From positions 1 to 15,693 of the forward strand of contig OZ176061.1 of the NCBI GenBank assembly GCA_964247055.1: a stretch of DNA of 15,693 nucleotides. The letters are read 5' to 3'. Source of the stretch: Paragordius varius (Eukaryota > Animalia > Nematomorpha). Below the pieces are notes generated by a model. The model saw nothing but the letters and a program-made list of their open reading frames with translations, had not been told where the DNA came from and made no database searches. Positions 1 to 9,006 of the stretch are shown here, piece by piece; position 1 is the first letter of the stretch, and each line of letters begins with the position of its first letter. The position numbers and the translations under genes are program-made.

Positions 1-68
1 GGTTGTGTTAGCTTAAATTTAAAGCTTTACTCTGAAGATGTAAATATGATGTACCTTATCACCAACCA
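1..68 (+). tRNA. trnF: tRNA-Phe (GAA)
   Basis: Anticodon loop CTGAAGA, D-arm GCTT/AAGC, acceptor GGTTG/CAACC. It follows the nad5 stop across the circular junction. Confidence 0.85.
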
Positions 69-76
69 AATTCTTA

Positions 77-145
77 TAAGATTTACAATTTCTCATCATA
101 ATTCAGATTTTGAAGACCTGTAGTTTAACTTTAACTTAAAATCCT
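77..145 (-). tRNA. trnW: tRNA-Trp (TCA)
   Basis: Minus strand: acceptor AGGATTT/AAATCTT, anticodon arm CAGGT-CTTCAAA-ATCTG. Confidence 0.85.
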
Positions 146-182
146 AGAAGGGTGGGAAGTATATCTACTTGAGACACTTTCA
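138..182. repeat. 45-bp exact copy of nad5 3' sequence (equals 15512-15556)
   Basis: AAAATCCTAGAAGGGTGGGAAGTATATCTACTTGAGACACTTTCA is identical at both sites. Confidence 0.95.
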
Positions 183-183
183 T

Positions 184-1062
184 CTAAATTAATTTCCTGT
201 ACAACATGGTTATTATGATTAACTTATAATAGTAGAAGTAAGCAATTCTAGCTGCAAAGACAAACCCCATAGCAAATACTAATTTTCTGTAGTTTAATAT
301 CTTAATTAACATAAATACTTTTATAAAAAACATTAATCTTATAGGAAAACCCATCATATTAATTATTAAAAATACAAATAATGTAAATACAAAGCTTTTT
401 ATTAATATGAATTTTATTACTCCTCTGATTTTTAAGCATAAAAAAATAAAAGTTAAAATCAACATAAAATAAAATAAACTAAATATAATATAAAATCCTT
501 TTCTCACAAAAACAGAAAATCTTATTCAAGAAGAAAAATACACAGAAGTCATAATTATTATACCAAAAACGGAATCCGAAAAAAAAGCCCCTAAAACTCC
601 AATAAAATTACTGGATTGGCACCCACACATAACTGGTATGTCTCATCAACAAAAAGAAGAGACTGGTGATTCTTTGCACCACAAAATATAAAGCAGGATT
701 GGCACCCATTTCTGAAAAGAAGAGACTGGTGCAAAGAATCACCAGTCTCTTCTTTTTGTTGATGAGACATACCAGTTATGTGTGGGTGCCAATCCTGCTT
801 TCACTATGAAAACTAGTGAAAGCAGGATTGGCACCCACACATAACTGGTATGTCTCATCAACAAAAAGAAGAGACTGGTGATTCTTTGCACCACAAAATA
901 TAAAACAACAGAAAATCAAGAATTCTTTTTGTTGATGAGACATAAAAAAGTAAATACTAACAAATTTAATACTAATCCTTGCCATAAAAATAAAAATCTT
1001 GAGCATCTCATTATTCATAAAAAAGTAACAAAATAAATTATAAATCTAAATAACATAAGAAT
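184..1062 (-). CDS. nad2: NADH dehydrogenase subunit 2 (292 aa; start ATT 1062 or ATG 1056)
   Basis: Table 5 translation is open through the repeat region and ends at TAG 184. Motifs include LWQGLVLNL, YFVVQSITS, KAGLAPTHNW and FQKWVP. Confidence 0.9.
613..944. repeat. nad2 compound inverted/direct repeat network
   Basis: Inverted repeat 727-806/814-893 (80-bp arms). Direct copy 613-692 = 825-904. Short copies at 690-708, 715-731 and 923-944. Confidence 0.93.
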
Positions 1063-1133
1063 TAATAAAGAGACAATTTAGAGTCTATTTATGAGGTATG
1101 AACCCATTAGCTTAACATTTAGCTTACTTTATA
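1063..1133 (-). tRNA. trnM: tRNA-Met (CAT)
   Basis: Typical TAAAGTAAGCTAA...AAGCTAATGGGTTCATACCTCAT core on the minus strand. Confidence 0.9.
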
Positions 1134-1134
1134 C

Positions 1135-1188
1135 ATTAATTTTTTTTAGAAATTTGAATTCTATAAAAGCAGAATCTGCTAATTAATA
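1135..1188 (+). tRNA. trnQ: tRNA-Gln (TTG), D-armless
   Basis: Acceptor ATTAATT/AATTAAT, anticodon arm TAGAA-ATTTGAA-TTCTA, T-arm AGCAG/CTGCT, and a T5 loop in place of the D-arm. Confidence 0.75.
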
Positions 1189-1211
1189 TCTTCCATCATA
1201 CAGTTAAACAG

Positions 1212-1271
1212 AGTTAGCAATAACAAAAACTGTAAATTTTTACATTCTGATATCAATAATCAGTCTAACTA
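1212..1271 (+). tRNA. trnY: tRNA-Tyr (GTA), D-armless
   Basis: Acceptor AGTTAG/CTAACT, anticodon arm AAAAA-CTGTAAA-TTTTT, T-arm CTGAT/ATCAG. Confidence 0.75.
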
Positions 1272-1288
1272 CGTAGCCACCTATTTGT

Positions 1289-1351
1289 GACAGCTTATTA
1301 TTAAAAATATTTTGAATTTGTAATTCAAAGAAAGCATTTAGCTATCTGTCT
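1289..1351 (+). tRNA. trnT: tRNA-Thr (TGT)
   Basis: Anticodon arm TTGAA-TTTGTAA-TTCAA, acceptor GACAG/CTGTC. It sits in the usual T-P-nad6-cob block. Confidence 0.8.
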
Positions 1352-1357
1352 CTTCTT

Positions 1358-1425
1358 TTCAGAAATCTTTTTTTTTAAGTATTATTAACCCCCAAAGTTA
1401 GTGTTTTAAGTTAAACTATATCTGA
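1358..1425 (-). tRNA. trnP: tRNA-Pro (TGG)
   Basis: Minus strand CAGATATAGTTT...AAAACACTAAC-TTTGGGG-GTTAA. Confidence 0.85.
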
Positions 1426-1429
1426 TTAT

Positions 1430-2071
1430 ATGATTAAGTTATACCCAGAAAAAAAGAAAGTAGTGTATTCTCTGAATAGCAGTTTACTAATAAACTTAAA
1501 AATAGACTTAACACCACCAATAACACTCCTATATTTATCACTTTTTGTGTTCTTGTTATTTTTATTAATAAAAATAACAAGAACACAAAAAGTGATAAAT
1601 ATAGGAGTGTTATTGGTGGTGTTAAGTCTATTTTTAAGTTTATTAGTAAACTGCTATTCAGAGAATACACTACTTTCTTTTTTTCTGGGTATAACTTACT
1701 CAGGAGGAGTCTTAATTTTGATTATCTATATAATTGTTGTTGCACCAACTCCAATAATAAAGGAACATAAGCAAAACCAGACATCAGAAAAGAGTACATG
1801 ATTGATACTCAGAGGAGTGATATCACTCCTCTGAGTATCAATCATGTACTCTTTTCTGATACCCTTTCCTTCTTCTCTAATTGAGAGAAGAAGGAAAGGG
1901 TATCAGAAAAGAGTACATGATTGATACTCAGAGGAGTGATATCACTCCTCTGAGTATCAATCATGTACTCTTTTCTGATGTCTGGTTTTGCTTATGTTCC
2001 TTTATTATTGGAGTTGGTGCATAATTGTTGTTGCACCAACTCCAATATGATTAAAAATTAAAAAACTTTAA
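1430..2071 (+). CDS. nad6: NADH dehydrogenase subunit 6 (open from ATG 1430, 213 aa; homologous start probably ATA 1520, 183 aa)
   Basis: Table 5 frame is open to TAA 2069-2071. It carries the motif LGMTYSGGVLILIIYM and lies between trnP and cob. Confidence 0.8.
1435..1698. repeat. Perfect 264-bp palindrome (132-bp arms, no loop) at the nad6 5' end
   Basis: Centre between 1566 and 1567. Confidence 0.95.
1730..2047. repeat. nad6 nested inverted repeat
   Basis: Arms 1741-1878/1884-2021 (138 bp), each containing a 78-bp palindrome (1783-1860 and 1902-1979). A 27-bp direct repeat has 1730-1756 = 2021-2047. Confidence 0.95.
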
Positions 2072-3183
2072 TGATAAGTAATTTTGGTCCTTTTCGAAAA
2101 TCCTCAGAAGAAGTTAAATTTATTAATAATTTTATTGTTGACTTACCTACTCCTTCAAATTTAAACTATTTCTGAAACATAGGGTCTTTAACAGGTATTT
2201 TTTTATTAAATCAAATCATTTCAGGATTATTTTTATCTTTTCACTATTTTCCCTCGCCAGAACAGGCTTTCTCACTTGTAATATCTATTGAAGAATCTGT
2301 TTGAGAAGGATTTTTTATACGAACAATTCACTCATCAGGTGCTTCTTTTATATTTATATTTATGTATCTTCATATTTTTCGAGGAATATTTTATTCTTCG
2401 TATAAATTGAATCCTCTAACTTGAATATCAGGTGTAACTCTATATTTATTAACTATAGGATCAGCCTTTTTAGGTTATGTTCTTCCATGAGGACAAATAT
2501 CATACTGAGCAGCTACTGTAATTACAAATTTAATCTCAGCTTTACCTGTTGTAGGACATCCTGTAGTAATTTGGCTGTGGGGAGGGTTTAATGTGGGTTT
2601 ACCTACATTAAATCGGTTTTTTTCTTTTCACTTCCTTCTACCTTTAATTATTGCAGCTTTAGCGTTTTTTCATCTCTTACTATTACATAAAAACGGTAGA
2701 AACAACCCCTTAGGGCTACCTTCCAACACTTTTAAAATTTCTTTTCACTCGAAATTCTCGTGAAAAGACACTTTAGGTTTACTATTTCCTTTTTTTGCTT
2801 TAATATTACTAGTTATACTAACCCCTGACATTTTTACAGATGTAGTAAATTTTATTGAGGCTAATCCTTTATCAACACCTGCTCATATTGTGCCTGAATG
2901 GTATTTTTTATTCGCTTACGGGATTCTTCGAAGAATCCCCAATAAGTTAGGAGGAGTAATAGGATTAGTCTTAAGAGTTGTTATTCTCTATTTCCTACCC
3001 CTGCTAAAACAAAATAAAATTCCTTTATATTTCTCAAAATTAATAGTCTCTATTTTTTGTAGCGTGTTTATTATTTTAAGATATATAGGGTCACAACTTG
3101 TGGAACAACCATATATTATTATTAGACAAATTTGTAGAGTCATATATTTTTTAGTTTTATTTATTTTAATTTTATTTAATTAA
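2071..3183 (+). CDS. cob: Cytochrome b (370 aa)
   Basis: Motifs [35 protein letters not shown] and [24 protein letters not shown] to TAA. Confidence 0.97.
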
Positions 3184-3193
3184 ACCCGTCGTT

Positions 3194-3255
3194 AAGAGTA
3201 AATTTATCGCTACCTTGAAAGTAGAATCTGAAATCATTTTATTTCTTTACTCTTT
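3194..3255 (+). tRNA. trnS2: tRNA-Ser2 (TGA), D-armless
   Basis: Acceptor AAGAGTA/TACTCTT, anticodon arm CTAC-CTTGAAA-GTAG, T-arm GAAAT/ATTTC. It follows cob. Confidence 0.8.
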
Positions 3256-3268
3256 TTATTATACATAT

Positions 3269-3341
3269 ATCTAATTAGTATAACAATATGATTACATAGG
3301 AGTTTCAATCCTAAAATTTCCATTTTTAAAGAAATTAGATT
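3269..3341 (+). tRNA. trnE: tRNA-Glu (TTC)
   Basis: Acceptor ATCTAAT/ATTAGAT, anticodon arm TAGGA-GTTTCAA-TCCTA. Confidence 0.85.
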
Positions 3342-3343
3342 TA

Positions 3344-3413
3344 TTCATAATTAGAGATATAAAAACTCTGTATTTAAATTCTAAATTTAACGCATTAATA
3401 TGCTAAACTATGA
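3344..3413 (-). tRNA. trnL1: tRNA-Leu1 (TAG)
   Basis: Minus strand: acceptor TCATAGT/ATTATGA, anticodon arm TTAAA-TTTAGAA-TTTAA. Confidence 0.85.
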
Positions 3414-4500
3414 AAATAAAAGGGGCCCTTTCGTACTACCTTTTAAAATATAGATAAAAGATAGGAACCGATCTGGCTTTCACCGATCTGAACTCAAATC
3501 ATGGATTATTTTAAAAGTCGAACAGACTTTCTTACTTTTTTACTGCAAAAAGTAGATCTAATAATTCAACATCGAGGTCGCAATCACTGTAAAGTATGTG
3601 GCCTACTGTTACTGTATTACGCTGTTACCCCTGGGGTAACTTTTTCTTATTCTCACACAACTCAACTATGTGGATCAAATTGAAATTTAATTTTTTGCAT
3701 TGATTGCCCCAATCAACCTCACAAACTTACAAGGAGAGCTCCCAGGGTCTTGCCTTCTTTTTATATACACGTGTATTTTCACACGTATTACAATTTCAAT
3801 TTTTATAAATATTTTTCCATTAGTAGTTTTACCTTTCATCCTAATTTTTCAATCAAAAAATAAATGATTATGCTACCTTCGCACAGTCAAATTACCGCGG
3901 CTACTTATATTCAAATAACGTAGAGCAGGTTAAATAATTAAAATTCCTAATTAATAAGTTTTTGATAAACATTCTACAAATTGAAAAGAATAATATTTAC
4001 ATCTGTAATAATTATAACAAATATAAGTACATAATTATATTTCTACTAATTTTCACAAAATAGCTTTAATTCTATTTATTTTAACTTTGTTATAATTATT
4101 ACAGATGTAAATATTATTCTTTTCAATTTGTAGAATGTTTATCAACATTAATTTATAAAAAACTATTATTTTAAGAAATTTTATCCTTACTATACTTTTA
4201 AGTCTCTTAAACCTCATCTATAAATAAAATAAAGCTCACCCTTATTTTAAGCCTAAATAAATTTAAGCACCTCCCAAGGGAGATAATTTTTACAAAGCCA
4301 GTTATTTGTAACCGTAAAATTATCTTTTCTAAAAATTTTATTCAAAGTATTTTCAACTACATATCTTTTAAATTTTTATCTCTTTCACATTTTCTGGTTG
4401 TCAAATTTATTACTTACACTTATAAAATCGTGTTGCAACAGGAATATAATTATTTTCAGCATTTTCATAACTAGATTTCTCAAACTATCGATTTTAATTT
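3414..4500 (-). rRNA. rrnL: Large subunit (16S) rRNA; ends approximate
   Basis: Reverse complements of conserved 16S motifs: CCGATCTGAACTCAAATCATG (~3482), TTCAACATCGAGGTCGCAA (~3565) and TATGCTACCTTCGCACAGTCAAATTACCGCGGC (~3869). Confidence 0.9.
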
Positions 4501-4504
4501 CTAT

Positions 4505-5250
4505 GCTAGAAGTCCTTTTTCAAAAAGACTAACTTTGTTACGACTTATCCTTCTAAGGAGTGACGGGCGATATGTGTATAGTGAAGAGTAATTTTCAAAA
4601 ATTTTTTCTTAATATATTTTTAATTTACTTTCAAATCCTAAATTGTTTGTAAGTATTTAACTACAAACTAAATTATAAAATCAGTCCTATTGTGCCCCAC
4701 CAAACTATTATAACACTGTATATTGATTTGAATTGATTTAATAAAATAAATTAAATAATTTCTTTATTTTTTAACAACTATATACAAGAGTTTACATAAT
4801 ATAAGGTTTATAGCGTACTATCTATTTAATTTGGCTAAACCCTTTGATTTAATTCACTACTGCCAATTTTTTAAGTTTCCTTTTTATACTACTATAGTTA
4901 TATGTAAATTCAATAGTAGGGTATCTAATCCTAGTTTTTAATTAACTTTTTCTAAATCAAGGATTTAATATTTTTATTTATAATCAATTTTACCTTTATT
5001 ATAATAAGAAATCCTTTTTAATTTTTACTTAACAAGTATTTTCCCTTTTTGTATAACCGCTAATGCTGGCACAATTATTCTTAAGAGTATTTTACCTACA
5101 AACAGATACCCTCGTTTACGTTATGATGTCTTACTTCACACATGTTGAAAAACAGCTTTACCTGTTAGTATATTTACCTACTTGTGAGTGCTTATAAGAA
5201 TTTAGTAAAATATACTTCATAAATCAAAACTAAATTTCTCTTTATGATGA
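4505..5250 (-). rRNA. rrnS: Small subunit (12S) rRNA; 5' end inferred from the adjacent trnC
   Basis: Minus strand carries GTGCCAGC...GCGGTTATAC (~5052-5073), CATATCGCCCGTCACTCC (~4557-4574) and GATAAGTCGTAACAAAG plus the terminal helix (~4510-4548). The 5' boundary is uncertain. Confidence 0.85.
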
Positions 5251-5283
5251 AAAGGGTATGCCTGTGAAAACAGGCTAGTTTTG
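5226..5283 (+). tRNA. trnI: tRNA-Ile (GAT), mirror copy in the left arm
   Basis: Exact inverted copy of 5340-5397. Confidence 0.55.
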
Positions 5284-5309
5284 AGCTTGCAACTCTTCAC
5301 TATACCCTT
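5251..5309 (-). tRNA. trnC: tRNA-Cys (GCA), D-armless; copy in the left arm of the palindrome
   Basis: AGGGTAT-AGTG-AAGAG-TTGCAAG-CTCAA-AACTA-GCCTG-TTTTCA-CAGGC-ATACCCT. The anticodon stem has only 3 Watson-Crick pairs. Confidence 0.55.
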
Positions 5310-5313
5310 AATT

Positions 5314-5372
5314 AAGGGTATAGTGAAGAGTTGCAAGCTCAAAACTAGCCTGTTTTCACAGGCATACCCTTT
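5314..5372 (+). tRNA. trnC: tRNA-Cys (GCA), mirror copy in the right arm
   Basis: Exact inverted copy of 5251-5309. Confidence 0.45.
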
Positions 5373-5397
5373 TCATCATAAAGAGAAATTTAGTTTT
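5340..5397 (-). tRNA. trnI: tRNA-Ile (GAT), D-armless
   Basis: AAAACTA-AATTTC-TCTTT-ATGATGA-AAAGG-GTAT-GCCTG-TGAAAA-CAGGC-TAGTTTT. It lies downstream of the nad1 stop on the same strand. Confidence 0.75.
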
Positions 5398-5417
5398 GAT
5401 TTATGAAGTATATTTTA

Positions 5418-6341
5418 CTAAATTCTTATAAGCACTCACAAGTAGGTAAATATACTAACAGGTAAAGCTGTTTTTCAACATGTGTGAAGTAAGACATCAT
5501 AACGTAAACGAGGGTATCTACCACGAGCTCACAAAAAATACAAGCAGGGGAGTATGAAATATCATGATATTTCATACTCCCCTGCTTGTATTTTTTGTGA
5601 GCTCGTGGTAGATACCACGAGCTCACAAAAAATACAAGCAAAAAATATAATAGCTATGTATTCAGCTATGAATACAACTGCAAATACTCCTGAATATATT
5701 TCTACATTAAATCCGGATACTAACTCTGATTCTCCTTCTATTAAGTCATAAGGGGTTCGATTTGTCTCTGCTAAAGCACACATTAACAGTAAAGCTATTA
5801 GGGGTACTAGTACCCCTAATAGCTTTACTGTTAATGTGTGCTTTAGCAGAGACAAATCGAACCCCTTATGACTTAATAGAAGGAGAATCAGAGTGAATAT
5901 TAAAACTAACTCATAAGATACAGCCTGAGTTAAAGCTCGATATCCACCTAGCAAAGAATATTTAGAATTTGATAATCACCCAATAAACAAAATTATGTAA
6001 ACACCTAACCCTAACATCACCATTACAAATAATATCGTAAAATCCATTATTAGAGCGAAAGATGCTTGGGTTAATACAACTTCGAAAAGGACCAAATAAA
6101 GTCCTAGTGATAGGACTGGTGCAGCCATTCATAGACGCAGTAAAACTATTCTCAAAAAGAAGCTTCTTTTTGAGAATAGTTTTACTGCGTCTATGAATGG
6201 CTGCACCAGTCCTATCACTAGGACTTTATTTGGTCCTTTTCGAAGTTGTATTAACCCAAGCATCTTTCGCTCTAATAATGTAAAAAAGGATATACCCACC
6301 AAAAGAGATGCTTGGGTTAATACAACTTCGAAAAGAACCAA
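5418..6341 (-). CDS. nad1: NADH dehydrogenase subunit 1 (307 aa; start TTG 6341 abutting trnL2, or ATT 6344)
   Basis: Motifs [44 protein letters not shown] and WARGSYPRLRYD. TAG at 5418-5420 and the frame is continuous in table 5. Confidence 0.93.
5513..5640. repeat. nad1 palindrome 5513-5616 (104 bp) plus an overlapping hairpin 5583-5610/5613-5640
   Basis: Centre TCATGA at 5564/5565. Direct repeat 5519-5546 = 5613-5640. Confidence 0.93.
5723..5894. repeat. Perfect 172-bp palindrome in nad1
   Basis: Centre ACTAGT at 5808/5809. Confidence 0.95.
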
Positions 6342-6342
6342 A
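6045..6342. repeat. Perfect 236-bp palindrome in nad1 (6045-6280) plus a third partial copy at 6306-6342
   Basis: Centre AAGCTT at 6162/6163. 6060-6089 = 6306-6335. Confidence 0.95.
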
Positions 6343-6406
6343 ATTACATGATCAGTATACGATCTTATTAGAATCTTAACTTCTAAGCATAATCTGCCAA
6401 TGTAAT
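6342..6406 (-). tRNA. trnL2: tRNA-Leu2 (TAA)
   Basis: ATTACAT-TG-GCAGATTATGC-T-TAGAA-GTTAAGA-TTCTA...GATC/GATC-ATGTAAT. Confidence 0.88.
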
Positions 6407-6666
6407 TTTTATAGTGGGTCACTGTTAATACCCGCCCCCCACCCCATCCTTACGTCCTTCTCTCCCCTCGTCTTCCTCTCTCCTTTCGTCACACTCGTCC
6501 GTTCACTCGTAAGATATCTTTCTATTATATACTCTTTCCTTATTCTTGTTATCTAGTATGCTCAATATCCAGTATGTACAGAGGTGGTCCTCGTCAGGCC
6601 CGAAAAAATTTAGGTGATGGTATACTATGAATATGGTTCCCCAAAATTCATGCACCCTTATCAATA
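6407..6666. promoter_or_regulatory. Non-coding region (candidate control region part) with a C-run and a polypyrimidine tract
   Basis: No gene found between trnL2 and trnV. It has CCCGCCCCCCACCCC at 6431-6445 and a pyrimidine tract at about 6446-6500. Regulatory function is inferred. Confidence 0.55.
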
Positions 6667-6724
6667 ATTATGGTGTTCTATTTTCTTTATGTAACAAAGA
6701 TGTTTTTAATTAAACTAACCATAA
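6667..6724 (-). tRNA. trnV: tRNA-Val (TAC), T-armless
   Basis: TTATGGT-TA-GTTT-AATTAA-AAAC-A-TCTTT-GTTACAT-AAAGA-AAATAGAAC-ACCATAA. Confidence 0.85.
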
Positions 6725-7448
6725 ATAAATACAGATTTTTTTTATTCTATATTATTTATGTTAAAATCTTGTCCGTCGGACAAGATTTTAACATAAATAA
6801 ATACAGATTTTTTTTATTCTATATTATTTATGTTAAAATCTTGTCCGACGGACAAGATTTTAACATAAATAAATACAGATTTTTTTTATTCTATATTATT
6901 TATGTTAAAATCTTGTCCGTCGGACAAGATTTTAACATAAATAAATACAGATTTTTTTTATTCTATATTATTTATGTTAAAATCTTGTCCGACGGACAAG
7001 ATTTTAACATAAATAAATACAGATTTTTTTTATTCTATATTATTTATGTTAAAATCTTGTCCGTCGGACAAGATTTTAACATAAATAAATACAGATTTTT
7101 TTTATTCTATATTATTTATGTTAAAATCTTGTCCGTCGGACAAGATTTTAACATAAATAAATACAGATTTTTTTTATTCTATATTATTTATGTTAAAATC
7201 TTGTCCGTCGGACAAGATTTTAACATAAATAAATACAGATTTTTTTTATTCTATATTATTTATGTTAAAATCTTGTCCGTCGGACAAGATTTTAACATAA
7301 ATAAATACAGATTTTTTTTATTCTATATTATTTATGTTAAAATCTTGTCCGTCGGACAAGATTTTAACATAAATAAATACAGATTTTTTTTATTCTATAT
7401 TATTTATGTTAAAATCTTGTCCGACGGACAAGATTTTAACATAAATAA
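6720..7448. repeat. Tandem array of 10 x 72-bp units (plus a partial unit), each with a 24-bp-arm hairpin
   Basis: The unit repeats exactly every 72 bp from 6721 to 7440. The only variable base is the hairpin centre (T,A,T,A,T,T,T,T,T,A). Confidence 0.97.
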
Positions 7449-7449
7449 T

Positions 7450-8982
<1,533 letters not shown>

Positions 8983-9006
8983 AACATTAACATCTTTTCC
9001 TAAAGA

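Larger units (their letters stand above)
5104..5519. repeat. Perfect 416-bp palindrome (208-bp arms, no loop)
   Basis: Centre TTAA|TTAA at 5311/5312. The arms were compared base by base. Confidence 0.96.

Noticed and set aside
1212-1271. Antisense tRNA-Val (loop TTTACAG) overlapping trnY
   Set aside because: The arm spacing is non-canonical on the minus strand, and a well-formed trnV exists at 6667-6724.
3501-3683. 60-aa ORF on the plus strand
   Set aside because: It lies antisense to the most conserved part of rrnL.
5277-5300. tRNA-Ala (loop CTTGCAA) on the plus strand
   Set aside because: The arm order does not fit in this orientation. The opposite orientation fits Cys, and trnA is in the A-R-N-S1 cluster at 11867.
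6720-7448. CRISPR-like array (palindromic repeats with spacers)
   Set aside because: The 23-nt 'spacers' are all identical, the context is an animal mitogenome, and there are no cas genes. It is a tandem repeat.
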